From Promethearchaeati archaeon (GTDB lineage: Archaea > Asgardarchaeota > Heimdallarchaeia > JABLTI01), in NCBI GenBank assembly GCA_013166835.1, contig JABLTI010000089.1, forward strand, positions 1 through 11,140: a stretch of DNA of 11,140 bases. Direction: 5' to 3'. Below the pieces are notes generated by a model, which did no database searches, was not told the origin of the DNA, and worked only from the letters and a program-made list of their open reading frames with translations. The first letter of the stretch is position 1. The number at the start of each line of letters is the position of its first letter. Positions 1 through 8,251 of the stretch are shown piece by piece. Made by a program: the position numbers and the translations under genes.

Positions 1-2292
1 ACTGTAGCCAGCAACTCTCACTATTAGATCTCTATATTTCTCCGGATTCTTTTGAGCTTCTCTCAAAGTATCAGCTGATACAACATTGAATTGAATGTGA
101 TGACCACCTAGCTTGAAGTATCCTCGAACTAGATAGGTAATATTTTCAATACCTTCATCTGTAGCAAAGAAACTAGGAGTAAATTTTTGATTAAGCAATG
201 TCCCACCTGTTCTAATATGATCAATTTTACTTGCAGATTTCAAAACTGCAGTTGGTCCTTTGGTGTCTGATCCTTGTACTGGAGATATTCCTTCAGAAAG
301 TGGTTCGTATGCTTTTCTTCCATCAGGCATAGCACCAATGACACTTCCAAAGTAAACGTGAACCGTTGTTGGGAGAAGATTGATTCTATAATGACCTCCT
401 TTAGTATTTGGTCTGCCATCAATGGAACTGAAGAATAATTCAAAAACCATTTTAGTAATCGAATCCGGATAATCCTCATCATTTCCATATTTAGGTGTAT
501 CACAAATGAAATTTTGTCGTAGTTCTTCTTTTTCTTTGAAATTTATTTCTAGAACTTCTAATAGTTCTTTCATGGTTAAGATTCTTTTATCAAATACATT
601 GTATTTTATTGATGAAAGAGAATCAGTAATACTTCCTAAGCCTACTCCTTGAATGTAATTTGTGTTGTATCTTGCTCCACCAGCATTGTAATCCTTAGCA
701 TTTGTTATACAATCATCTATAATCAATGATAAGAAAGGAGATGGTAGATTTCTAGCCCAAAGCTGTTCTATGAGATTATTTCCCTCTACTTTGATGTTAA
801 TGAAATGGGCAACTTGTTTCTCAAAAGCAGCAAACAAGTCATCAAAGGATTTGAAATCTTTTGCATCACCGGTTCTTAATCCAATTTGCTTATTGGTTCT
901 AGGATCAATTCCATTATACAATGTCACTTCTAGTATTTTCACTAAATTAAAATAACCAGTAAGAATATAGCTTTCTTTCCCAAAAGCTCCTGTCTCAACA
1001 CAACCGCTTGCACCACCATTTCTTGCATCTTTGAGTGATTTCCCAGCTCGTAGCATTTCCTTTACTATCATATCAGTATTGAAAATTGATGGTTGACCGA
1101 AACCAGTTTTGATAATTTTCAATGCTCTATTCAGGAAATCATCTGGTGTTTTTTCACTTATCTGTACCATTGAACTTGGTTGCAAAATACGCATTTCTTC
1201 TATAACATCTAATATCAGATAAGAAAGCTCATTTACAGCATTTGAACCATCTTCTTTTAATCCGCCTAAATTGATTAAGCAGAAATCAGTATACGTGCTA
1301 CTCTCTTCAGCTGTTACACCAACTTTAGGTGGAGCAGGTTGGTTATTGAATTTCACCCAAAATGCTTGCAGGAGTTCTTTAGCTTCCTCTTTAGTGAGTG
1401 TTCCCTCATCAATTTCCTTTCTATAGAATGGATACAAATGCTGATCTAATCTTCCAGGATTAAATGAATCCCAAGTATTGAGTTCTGTTACTACACCAAT
1501 GTGAATGAACCAGTAATGCTGTAAAGCTTCTCTAAAAGTCCGAGGAGCATTTGCTGGAATATAATTACAAATTTCAGCAATATCTTCAAGTTCTTTCTTT
1601 CTTTTAGGATCTTCTTCAATTTGAGCTAATTCTTTTGCCTTCTCTGCATGTCGTTCCGCATATAACATAATTGCAGCAGCTGCGATTTCCATTGCTGTTA
1701 GTTCTTCACGCTTTTCCAGAGAATTAGGATCATTATCATAATCGATTCTTTTAAAGCTCTGTTGGATATCCGCCATGAAGTCAATAAAACCGTTTTTGAA
1801 TATTTTACCATCTGCGACTGTATGGCCTGGAGCTCTTTGCTCTAAAAATTCTGTGAAAACACCTGCTTCGTATGCATCTATCCATTTGTAATCTACTTCT
1901 TCAAATATTCGATCACGAATTGATTTATCTTTCCAGAATGGGATAATTTCTTCTTCCGTAATTTTCCTTGTCTCATCACTTACTTTAAAGGATATTTTCT
2001 CTCGAGAATCTAAGATGTCTAAGTCTTTTAGTGTATGACAACAAATTTCCGGAAATGTTGGAGTAGCATTTGGAGCTGGTCCACGTTCCCCTACAATTAA
2101 CTCATTATCATTAATACAAATCTCTTTATTCTCTAACAAATACTTGAAAGCTTTAGCTCTTGCGACAGGAATAGAGACTTTTTCTGTAGCTCCACTTTTA
2201 TAGAAATCAGTTATTAGTTTTGCTCTTTCAATTGAAAGAGTAGGAACAGTATTTAAGCTTTGATCTCTTAATTTCTTGATCCTGTCTAGCAT
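1..2292 (-). CDS. hypD: Glycyl radical enzyme, trans-4-hydroxy-L-proline dehydratase (HypD); 3' end lies beyond the window edge
   Basis: Hand translation gives 764 stop-free codons from ATG at 2292 (MLDRIKKLRDQSL...), with a GAGG SD 7 nt upstream. The glycyl loop LIVRVAGYS is at the window edge (Gly762, nt 7-9) and the Cys loop is GGASGCVETG (Cys431/Glu433). HypD-type motifs EQRAPGHTV, TWDSFNPGR, EESSTYTDF, LTGYFN and LLPTTVHVYFG are present. F149, H157, D275, S331, D336, F337, C431, E433, Y447, T642 and G762 all sit at a constant -3 offset from the C. difficile HypD active-site residues as I recall them. Confidence 0.93.
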   Translation of the reverse strand, partial: MLDRIKKLRDQSLNTVPTLSIERAKLITDFYKSGATEKVSIPVARAKAFKYLLENKEICINDNELIVGERGPAPNATPTFPEICCHTLKDLDILDSREKISFKVSDETRKITEEEIIPFWKDKSIRDRIFEEVDYKWIDAYEAGVFTEFLEQRAPGHTVADGKIFKNGFIDFMADIQQSFKRIDYDNDPNSLEKREELTAMEIAAAAIMLYAERHAEKAKELAQIEEDPKRKKELEDIAEICNYIPANAPRTFREALQHYWFIHIGVVTELNTWDSFNPGRLDQHLYPFYRKEIDEGTLTKEEAKELLQAFWVKFNNQPAPPKVGVTAEESSTYTDFCLINLGGLKEDGSNAVNELSYLILDVIEEMRILQPSSMVQISEKTPDDFLNRALKIIKTGFGQPSIFNTDMIVKEMLRAGKSLKDARNGGASGCVETGAFGKESYILTGYFNLVKILEVTLYNGIDPRTNKQIGLRTGDAKDFKSFDDLFAAFEKQVAHFINIKVEGNNLIEQLWARNLPSPFLSLIIDDCITNAKDYNAGGARYNTNYIQGVGLGSITDSLSSIKYNVFDKRILTMKELLEVLEINFKEKEELRQNFICDTPKYGNDEDYPDSITKMVFELFFSSIDGRPNTKGGHYRINLLPTTVHVYFGSVIGAMPDGRKAYEPLSEGISPVQGSDTKGPTAVLKSASKIDHIRTGGTLLNQKFTPSFFATDEGIENITYLVRGYFKLGGHHIQFNVVSADTLREAQKNPEKYRDLIVRVAGYS

Positions 2293-2294
2293 AG

Positions 2295-3113
2295 TTATTC
2301 CTCTATTTTAACCACTAATCCAAACTTCTCGAGCCTTTCTTTAATACTAATCATATCTTTTTTTGTTGGCTTCTGAATGTCTTTCATTCGGTTTATTTTG
2401 TTTAGTTTCCTATACTTCTCCTCTCCGATCTTGTGAAACGGCAGTAATTCTACCCTTACGATATTTAAATCCGATAAGAATTCTCCAAACTGCTTGATAT
2501 CATTAGGATTATCATTTATCGTTGGGATTATAGGAATTCTTATGATTACTTTATGGCCATTATCTGTTATCATCTTGAGATTTTGTTTGATAATGCTATT
2601 TGATTTTCCAGTATATTTCTCGTGTTTTTCCTCGTCAACAATTTTTAGATCATAAAGAAACAGATCAACGTAATCTGATACTTCTCTTACAATTGCTGAA
2701 TTCCCACAGCCAGATGTATCAACAACAGTGTGTAGACCAAGTTCTTTCATCTTTTTCAGTAGAAGTAGCAAGAACTCTGATTGCATTAGGGGTTCTCCTC
2801 CTGAAAAAGAAACACCCCCTTGAGAGATATCATAAAAAACTTTGTCTTTCATAATTTCCTCAACTAATGTATCAAGTGAAATTTCTCTCCCAATTAATTC
2901 TTTTCTTTCAAAACATGCTTTAGAGGATGAACCTGAAAATATCTCTTGAGTAATGGTTTGGGGTTCTGTTGAATGACTCTCAGGATTATGACACCACCAG
3001 CAATCCATAGGACAACCTTTGAAAAAGACAGTTGTACGTATGCCCGGTCCATCATGTACAGCAAATTTCTTTATATCAAAGATAAGTCCTTTTAGTACCA
3101 TATTGTTCAACAA
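2295..3113 (-). CDS. Glycyl-radical enzyme activating enzyme (radical SAM, PflA/HypD-AE family), short form
   Basis: Motifs HDGPGIRTTVFFKGCPMDCWWCHNPES (CxxxCxxC), GGVSFSGGEP, HTVVDTSG, LYDLK, IRIPIIP and ELLPFH. The stop is 2 nt before the hypD ATG. The start may be TTG 3113/3110 or ATG 3101. Confidence 0.95.
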   Translation of the reverse strand: MLNNMVLKGLIFDIKKFAVHDGPGIRTTVFFKGCPMDCWWCHNPESHSTEPQTITQEIFSGSSSKACFERKELIGREISLDTLVEEIMKDKVFYDISQGGVSFSGGEPLMQSEFLLLLLKKMKELGLHTVVDTSGCGNSAIVREVSDYVDLFLYDLKIVDEEKHEKYTGKSNSIIKQNLKMITDNGHKVIIRIPIIPTINDNPNDIKQFGEFLSDLNIVRVELLPFHKIGEEKYRKLNKINRMKDIQKPTKKDMISIKERLEKFGLVVKIEE

Positions 3114-3212
3114 GAATTACCTTCTTTTTTCTTTTAAACTTTCAGTGAATATGTCAATTTATTATTGCCTAAAGCGTCAATGTTAATAAATACCAAGTTA
3201 AAGGAAGGAGAC
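3102..3212. promoter_or_regulatory. Divergent promoter region between the activating enzyme-hypD operon and the flavin reductase-like gene
   Basis: Head-to-head genes. TATA-like AAAGTTTAAAAG on the minus strand (3131-3142), TTAATAAATA on the plus strand (3183-3192), and a GGAAGGAG SD immediately before ATG 3213. The region is AT-rich, so individual boxes are tentative. Confidence 0.45.
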
Positions 3213-4076
3213 ATGTCAAAGCAAGAATTCGAAGATATACGAATATTAGACAATTTTTACCAAACATCCAGCTTTTTCCCAATGCCTGTTGTACTCGTTA
3301 GTACACTTTCAGAGGATGGCCAAACAAACTTGGGTCCTTATTCCCTATGTTTCCCATTTAGGATTGCTGGAAGCGGTAAATGGGCAATGAAACTAAACGC
3401 ACGAAATGACAGTAACACTGCATTAAACATACAACGAACAGGCGTTTGTGCAATTAATTTTATTCCGGATGATAAGAAATACATGGAAGCTTGTGTAGAA
3501 TTAGGTTTCCCAGGTGAGAAAACAGAGGAAAAAATGAAACACAATATCTTCTCATTAATGCCTTCAAAAAGAAACGGGAATGGTAATCAATATCCAGAAT
3601 TGGTTCAAGAATCGATTCAAGTTTTTGAGTGTTCTGTTGCTAAAGACATCCCTATTTGGATTGATGAAGAAACAACTGAATGTCATATGGTTTTAACTGT
3701 AGAAAAAATAATCATGAAGAAGAAATGGAAAGAAGCGCTCATAAAAGGTGATGAATTTCCACCAATACCAATAGATTATGGATTCAGAAATAACGTTAAC
3801 TTCTGGTTCACAAAGCACAATAAACCATACAAAGTACCTCTACCTGAAAGAAAAGGTATTGACATCAATTCCATCAAATATGCTGTAAGTCGCTGTGATC
3901 CTGATATCAAGTGGACAGATGAAGCTTGTGAAAAAATCGTGAAAGTTCCTCGTATTTTCCTAAATAGAGTTGTTCAAGGAGTCGCTGAACAAGCTAAGAA
4001 GGAAGGAGTACCCTTAGTTACAGGTGAATTCATGGATAAAATGCGTGATAAACGCTCAGATGAAAAAGATAATTAG
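3213..4076 (+). CDS. Flavin reductase-like (FMN-binding split barrel, DIM6/NTAB/RutF-like) protein with C-terminal PCP_red-like helical domain
   Basis: FFPMPVVLVSTLSEDGQTNLGPYS...NTALNIQRTGVCAINF...ESIQVFECSV matches the flavin reductase-like pattern. The C-terminal WTDEACEKIVKVPRIFLNRVVQGVAEQAKKEGVPLVTGEFM matches the PCP_red (BchB C-terminal-like) pattern. ATG 3213 after AAGGAAGGAG is preferred over the track's TTG 3165. Confidence 0.8.
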   Translation: MSKQEFEDIRILDNFYQTSSFFPMPVVLVSTLSEDGQTNLGPYSLCFPFRIAGSGKWAMKLNARNDSNTALNIQRTGVCAINFIPDDKKYMEACVELGFPGEKTEEKMKHNIFSLMPSKRNGNGNQYPELVQESIQVFECSVAKDIPIWIDEETTECHMVLTVEKIIMKKKWKEALIKGDEFPPIPIDYGFRNNVNFWFTKHNKPYKVPLPERKGIDINSIKYAVSRCDPDIKWTDEACEKIVKVPRIFLNRVVQGVAEQAKKEGVPLVTGEFMDKMRDKRSDEKDN

Positions 4077-4106
4077 ATTTAAGTTTAAAATATCTTAATT
4101 ATTTGT

Positions 4107-4140
4107 ATCCCTTTTACAGGGATTCTTTCTTATTTTTCTT
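4107..4140 (+). terminator. Putative terminator (6-bp hairpin followed by a T-rich tract)
   Basis: ATCCCT-TTTAC-AGGGAT (4107-4123) followed by TCTTTCTTATTTTTCTT, 30 nt after the stop at 4076. Confidence 0.5.
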
Positions 4141-4236
4141 GATTTCACAATCTTGTAACCAAGCTTACAGTTTGAAAGAAATCAAATACAACTTTGATTT
4201 GATAACATTTTCTGGCGATATAAGAGTCTCAACAGA

Positions 4237-5070
4237 TTAAATGTCAAGTAATAATCCATCAAATGCTAATTTGAAGCCCTTGTCTAGGGTCTCTTTTCTA
4301 TCTTTTCCTTCTTTCTTTAGAATTGGATTTGTATGATTATAATGAGTAAAATATATTTCAGTTTTAGTTGGATCCAATAGTTCCATAGTTTCTTTCATAG
4401 GTGGATGGGGAACATCATCTCTTCCTGGTAATTCATCTTTTGTATAGAATGATCCATCAATTAACGCGATATCAACACTTTCAACGAGCTGTATCAAAAC
4501 CTCTGTCCAATTATCCAAATCAGGAAGATATAGTATCTTCTTCTTTAGTTCAATAATATATCCAACAGTGTCAGCATATTCATCCCTATGAGGAACATGA
4601 AAAGAGGAGATTTGAAAATCTTCAATAGGATACTTTTGATTTTTCTTCATATTAGATAGGCTTAAGTTTCTGTCAATTAGATGCGAAAATGGATGATTAT
4701 TTTTTAAGAAATCACACATCAAACTCGAGCAAAATACGGTAATATTTTGAGCATCTATGCATTCTTTGCCAAGCATCCAAAGACCAGCTACATGACCAAA
4801 ATGAGCATGAGTAAGAAAAATGCCGGAAATTGGAATCTTATCCTGGTTATCTGCTTTTGGTATTATTTTCTTTACTAGCTCAATTTGTGGTTTTATATCT
4901 GGAGAAGCATCAATAAGAAAACAATATTTTTTCTCTGCATCGAGAATTGCAATGGAGGGACCTAGACGTTTAAATTCAGGTTCTGTTCGTGCACGTGTAC
5001 AATTTAGGCAATCGCAACCAATTTGTGGGACCCCTGCATCTTGTCCAGAACCAAGGATTAGGATTTGCAT
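4237..5070 (-). CDS. MBL-fold metallo-hydrolase, PqqB/PhnP-like
   Basis: LGSGQDAGVPQIGCDCLNC (PqqB/PhnP-type CxCxxC zinc site), LIDASPD, THAHFGH, VPHRDEYADTVGY, IDGSFY, VPHP and FTHYNHTNP. Confidence 0.9.
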   Translation of the reverse strand: MQILILGSGQDAGVPQIGCDCLNCTRARTEPEFKRLGPSIAILDAEKKYCFLIDASPDIKPQIELVKKIIPKADNQDKIPISGIFLTHAHFGHVAGLWMLGKECIDAQNITVFCSSLMCDFLKNNHPFSHLIDRNLSLSNMKKNQKYPIEDFQISSFHVPHRDEYADTVGYIIELKKKILYLPDLDNWTEVLIQLVESVDIALIDGSFYTKDELPGRDDVPHPPMKETMELLDPTKTEIYFTHYNHTNPILKKEGKDRKETLDKGFKLAFDGLLLDI

Positions 5071-5119
5071 AAGTTAAAATGAGGTAAAAAGTTAATAATC
5101 TTTATTCCTAAATAATAAA

Positions 5120-5584
5120 GTGGGAGTTACTTTGAAACAGGTAATATATACTGTGGATAAAACTTTGGAAGAAGTATGTGATATAACAGTTGATTTCTGG
5201 ACAAACCAAATCAATAATGCGTTTATCGAAGAAGTTCTTTCTTATGAGAATGATAGAGTACGCGTTATGAAGGTCAATACAGGATTTAAGTGGGGTTTCT
5301 TTACCTCATCCTATGGAGAAAATTATCATATAGTTTTTGAGCGACCTCATGAAGATTTCAAGAAAACTAAGATTACAATTTCTATACATCTGAAATTCGG
5401 ATATGGTGCACAGTGGAAAGTTCCATCTGATAATCTTAAGAAATGGGCTTTGTTATTTGATTTAGAACCAGATGACTTTGGAAGAAAGCCTTTTATCATT
5501 ACTTGGGCAATATTAGGACCATTGTTTTTACTAATAGTAGGTGGAACAATTGGTTTTATTATTTATTTTTCTAGCTTCTTTTAA
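5120..5584 (+). CDS. Hypothetical protein with a C-terminal transmembrane helix
   Basis: 154-aa ORF that fills the gap between its neighbours. The hydrophobic tail is FIITWAILGPLFLLIVGGTIGFIIYF. An alternative start is TTG 5132, preceded by GGAG. Confidence 0.75.
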   Translation: MGVTLKQVIYTVDKTLEEVCDITVDFWTNQINNAFIEEVLSYENDRVRVMKVNTGFKWGFFTSSYGENYHIVFERPHEDFKKTKITISIHLKFGYGAQWKVPSDNLKKWALLFDLEPDDFGRKPFIITWAILGPLFLLIVGGTIGFIIYFSSFF

Positions 5585-5598
5585 TGAGTAAAAGAAGT

Positions 5599-5973
5599 TT
5601 ATTTTCTTCTTGATATTTGATTACGTAAATCACTAATCCATAATTCTGGTTCCCTTACAAGCCAAGCTGCAGAGTCAGTTTCACCTGAAAAATTAGTAAA
5701 AATAACCTTTAGTAGATCTCTATTCTTAGATTTCTTGAGATGCCACTTTGTGATTTCTATATCAATTATACTCGAAATGGGTATTTGACAAATACGTTTT
5801 GGTAACCACATTTCGAAATAGAGCTCATCGGGGGTAAGAACTAGAACACCATTTCCTCTCACTTGTCTGAGTTTTAGAGATTCTTGACCAAAGAAATTCG
5901 CTCCTTTAGATACGCGTATTGTCTCTCTACCCTCAAGTTTTTCAAGAATTTCATTACTTCTCTTTTTAAACAT
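5599..5973 (-). CDS. Hypothetical protein, probable PH/GRAM-like fold
   Basis: GAGG SD 7 nt before the ATG. The pattern GNGVLVLTPDELYF...QIPISSIIDIE...LLKVIF, ending in the helix PELWISDLRNQI, is typical of PH-superfold domains. Confidence 0.75.
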   Translation of the reverse strand: MFKKRSNEILEKLEGRETIRVSKGANFFGQESLKLRQVRGNGVLVLTPDELYFEMWLPKRICQIPISSIIDIEITKWHLKKSKNRDLLKVIFTNFSGETDSAAWLVREPELWISDLRNQISRRK

Positions 5974-6061
5974 GAGCTATCCTCATAGTTTATTCTAACT
6001 ATATAAAGAAAAAGATTACTAATTAGAAAGAGAATCATAACAATAGTAAATCGAGGATTGA

Positions 6062-6382
6062 TTGATAATGACAGAAAAGAAGCATTTCTTTGGAATAATA
6101 AAACCTACTCAAGAAGACTTCATGACCCACTCTACAGAAGAAGATAATGAAATTATGGGAGTACATTTCCAATACTTGAAGGATTTATTAGCAAAAGGAA
6201 AACTAGTCTTAGCTGGACCTGTACTCAACGAAAAGAAACCTATGGGAATAATGATTTTTGAATGTGAAACTATTGAAGAAGCCAAAGAGCTTCTAGATAA
6301 TGATCCCTCAGTTAAAGCGGGAATACAGATTATAAAGAAACTTGAACCGTTTAAACTCTCTCTTTATCGGAAAACGGATTAG
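6062..6382 (+). CDS. YciI/YCII-related domain protein (dimeric alpha-beta barrel)
   Basis: HFQYLKDLLAKGKLVLAGP...GIMIFECETIEEAKELLDNDPSVKAGI matches the YCII pattern. GAGG SD at 6053-6056. The start is TTG 6062 or ATG 6068. Confidence 0.88.
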   Translation: MIMTEKKHFFGIIKPTQEDFMTHSTEEDNEIMGVHFQYLKDLLAKGKLVLAGPVLNEKKPMGIMIFECETIEEAKELLDNDPSVKAGIQIIKKLEPFKLSLYRKTD

Positions 6383-6475
6383 TCTTTTATTATTTCTAGT
6401 GTCAAAAATACTTTTTTAGTTAAAAGATAATTCATCTAAAAGAATTGTTAAACAGTATTTACTGGTGAATGTTAC

Positions 6476-8251
6476 TTGGTTGCTACATGGTTAGGTATCT
6501 TTATGATTGCACTTCCGTTTATTGCTGCAATTCTAATGTTGCTTGTTTTAAAATGGAAAGCTGACATAACAGGATTCATCATGTGGATAATAATGTTGAT
6601 TCTTGCTGTAGCGTATTTCAAAACTAACACCGGTGTAGTGTTTTTAGCATCAATTGCTGGTTTCATCAAATCCTATCCTATTGCTCTTATGGTTTGCACA
6701 AGTATTTTCATGATTACTTACATGCAGAAAACAGGGGCTTTACAAAGGATAATTGTAGCTTTCAAGACTCTTGGTGGAGAAGGAAAAGAACCTTTTCAAA
6801 TTATGTTTATCAACATCGGTCTTGGATGTTTTCTTGTTTCAATAGGTGCTACACCTGTTACTATGCTTCCACCAATAATGATCGCTATTGGTTATTCCTC
6901 ACTTGCGGCAGTTGCTCTTCCAGCAATCGGTTATGATCCCTTAACCACCTTTGCGCTCTTAGCAATCCCAGCAGTTGTTTTTCAAAAGGTTATGGCCGGA
7001 TTATTTGATTTGACTCCTATATTCCCAACTTTAGCAGAGAGTGGTTACATTTTTTCACTTTTCATGCCAATTGTAACCACAGGCATAGCACTTGGTATGA
7101 TGTTTATTGCTGGAGGGAAGAAAATGCTCTTCAGAAAAGACTCACTTATTTTCGCCTTCGTTGGTGGGATAACTGCTGGAGGAACTTCTGTTTTAGTTAA
7201 TGGATTAGCAAAGCGTTTTCAAATTGATGGTTTAGTTCCTCTTACAGGATTATTTGCTGGTTTATTTACTTGTATAGTGATGCTACTATTAGCTAAAATA
7301 ATGAAAATGAAAATTTTTGATAGGAGCAATCTAACAGAAGAAGATCACAAAATAGAACAATCTATGCCACTTTGGAAAGCATTTATGCCATGGTCAATTC
7401 TTGTTGTCTTATGTGGAGTAACCAATTTAATACCGCAAGTGCATGATTTCCTTTTCAATGAACTCTCAATGCAAATACAAATTAGTGGGGCAGATCCAAT
7501 TTCCTTGCAAGTCTTTTGGAATGCTTGGTTCTGGGTAATTCTCGCTACGGTTCTGTCCATGCCTTTCTTAGGTGTTAAGGGGAAACTCAAAGATACGTTC
7601 TCTACATGGGGTAAACGGGCTATTAAACCAGTTTTTGCAGCTGCGATATTCTTCTCAGTTGCATTTGTAATGAATTATTCTGGAGCCACAGGTGAATTTC
7701 TTGCAGATGGTTCTTGGGTAATTGCTGAAGATAATAATATGATTAAGGTTTTAGCAGATGCTAGTGAGAGTATTTTTGGTGATTATTACCCCTTAATTGT
7801 TCCTTTTGTGGGATTATTAGGTGGTTTTGTTAGTGGGAGTGAAACGTCATCCATTGCTATGTTTACGGAATATCAATACAGAACAGGAATACGTCTTGGA
7901 TTATCAGATAATAGTATAATTATACTTGGGGCATCAAATGGTATTGGTGGAGGATTAGCGAGTGTTTTAAGCCCCGCAAAAATACAAAATGCAACTGCTG
8001 TTATAGACAAGCAAGGAATCGAAGGTGAAGTGATTAAGAAAACAGCTCCAATTGCTCTATTAATGGTGGTTTCGGTTTCACTTATTACCCTTTGCTGGGC
8101 AAATCATTATCCAGCATGGAAATGGGTTGTTGTCTTTGCAATTGGTATTGGGGCTGTAGCTGCTTTGTTATTATCGATATTAGGAATCAATAAATTGCGA
8201 AATAGAAAAAAAGAACAAGTGCAAGCACCTGAAAAGGAGGAAAAGGAATGA
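6476..8251 (+). CDS. lctP: L-lactate permease (LctP) family transporter
   Basis: Polytopic hydrophobic protein with LctP-like motifs QKTGALQRI, TTFALLAIP, LWKAFMPW, PFVGLLGGFVSGSETSSIAMFTEYQ and GGGLASVLSPAKIQNATAV. GGTGA SD 7 nt before the TTG start. The substrate is not established. Confidence 0.85.
   Translation: MVATWLGIFMIALPFIAAILMLLVLKWKADITGFIMWIIMLILAVAYFKTNTGVVFLASIAGFIKSYPIALMVCTSIFMITYMQKTGALQRIIVAFKTLGGEGKEPFQIMFINIGLGCFLVSIGATPVTMLPPIMIAIGYSSLAAVALPAIGYDPLTTFALLAIPAVVFQKVMAGLFDLTPIFPTLAESGYIFSLFMPIVTTGIALGMMFIAGGKKMLFRKDSLIFAFVGGITAGGTSVLVNGLAKRFQIDGLVPLTGLFAGLFTCIVMLLLAKIMKMKIFDRSNLTEEDHKIEQSMPLWKAFMPWSILVVLCGVTNLIPQVHDFLFNELSMQIQISGADPISLQVFWNAWFWVILATVLSMPFLGVKGKLKDTFSTWGKRAIKPVFAAAIFFSVAFVMNYSGATGEFLADGSWVIAEDNNMIKVLADASESIFGDYYPLIVPFVGLLGGFVSGSETSSIAMFTEYQYRTGIRLGLSDNSIIILGASNGIGGGLASVLSPAKIQNATAVIDKQGIEGEVIKKTAPIALLMVVSVSLITLCWANHYPAWKWVVVFAIGIGAVAALLLSILGINKLRNRKKEQVQAPEKEEKE

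Noticed and set aside
240-955. Track ORFs 240..503 (-) and 770..955 (+)
   Set aside because: Both lie inside hypD, in an alternative frame or antisense, and have no recognisable motifs.
1-2292. Calling the GRE pyruvate formate-lyase or choline TMA-lyase (CutC)
   Set aside because: The Cys loop has a single Cys (SGCVE), not PFL's adjacent Cys-Cys, and the residue set matches HypD.
4237-5070. PQQ biosynthesis cluster or the gene symbol pqqB
   Set aside because: No other pqq genes or PqqA-like peptide were seen, and the metal motif differs.
2600-5077. Track ORFs 2600..2854 (+), 3338..3544 (-) and 4820..5077 (+)
   Set aside because: Antisense shadows of well-supported genes.
6472-7590. Track ORFs 6472..6669 (-), 6694..6936 (+) and 7345..7590 (-)
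   Set aside because: Nested in or antisense to the permease gene, with no independent support.
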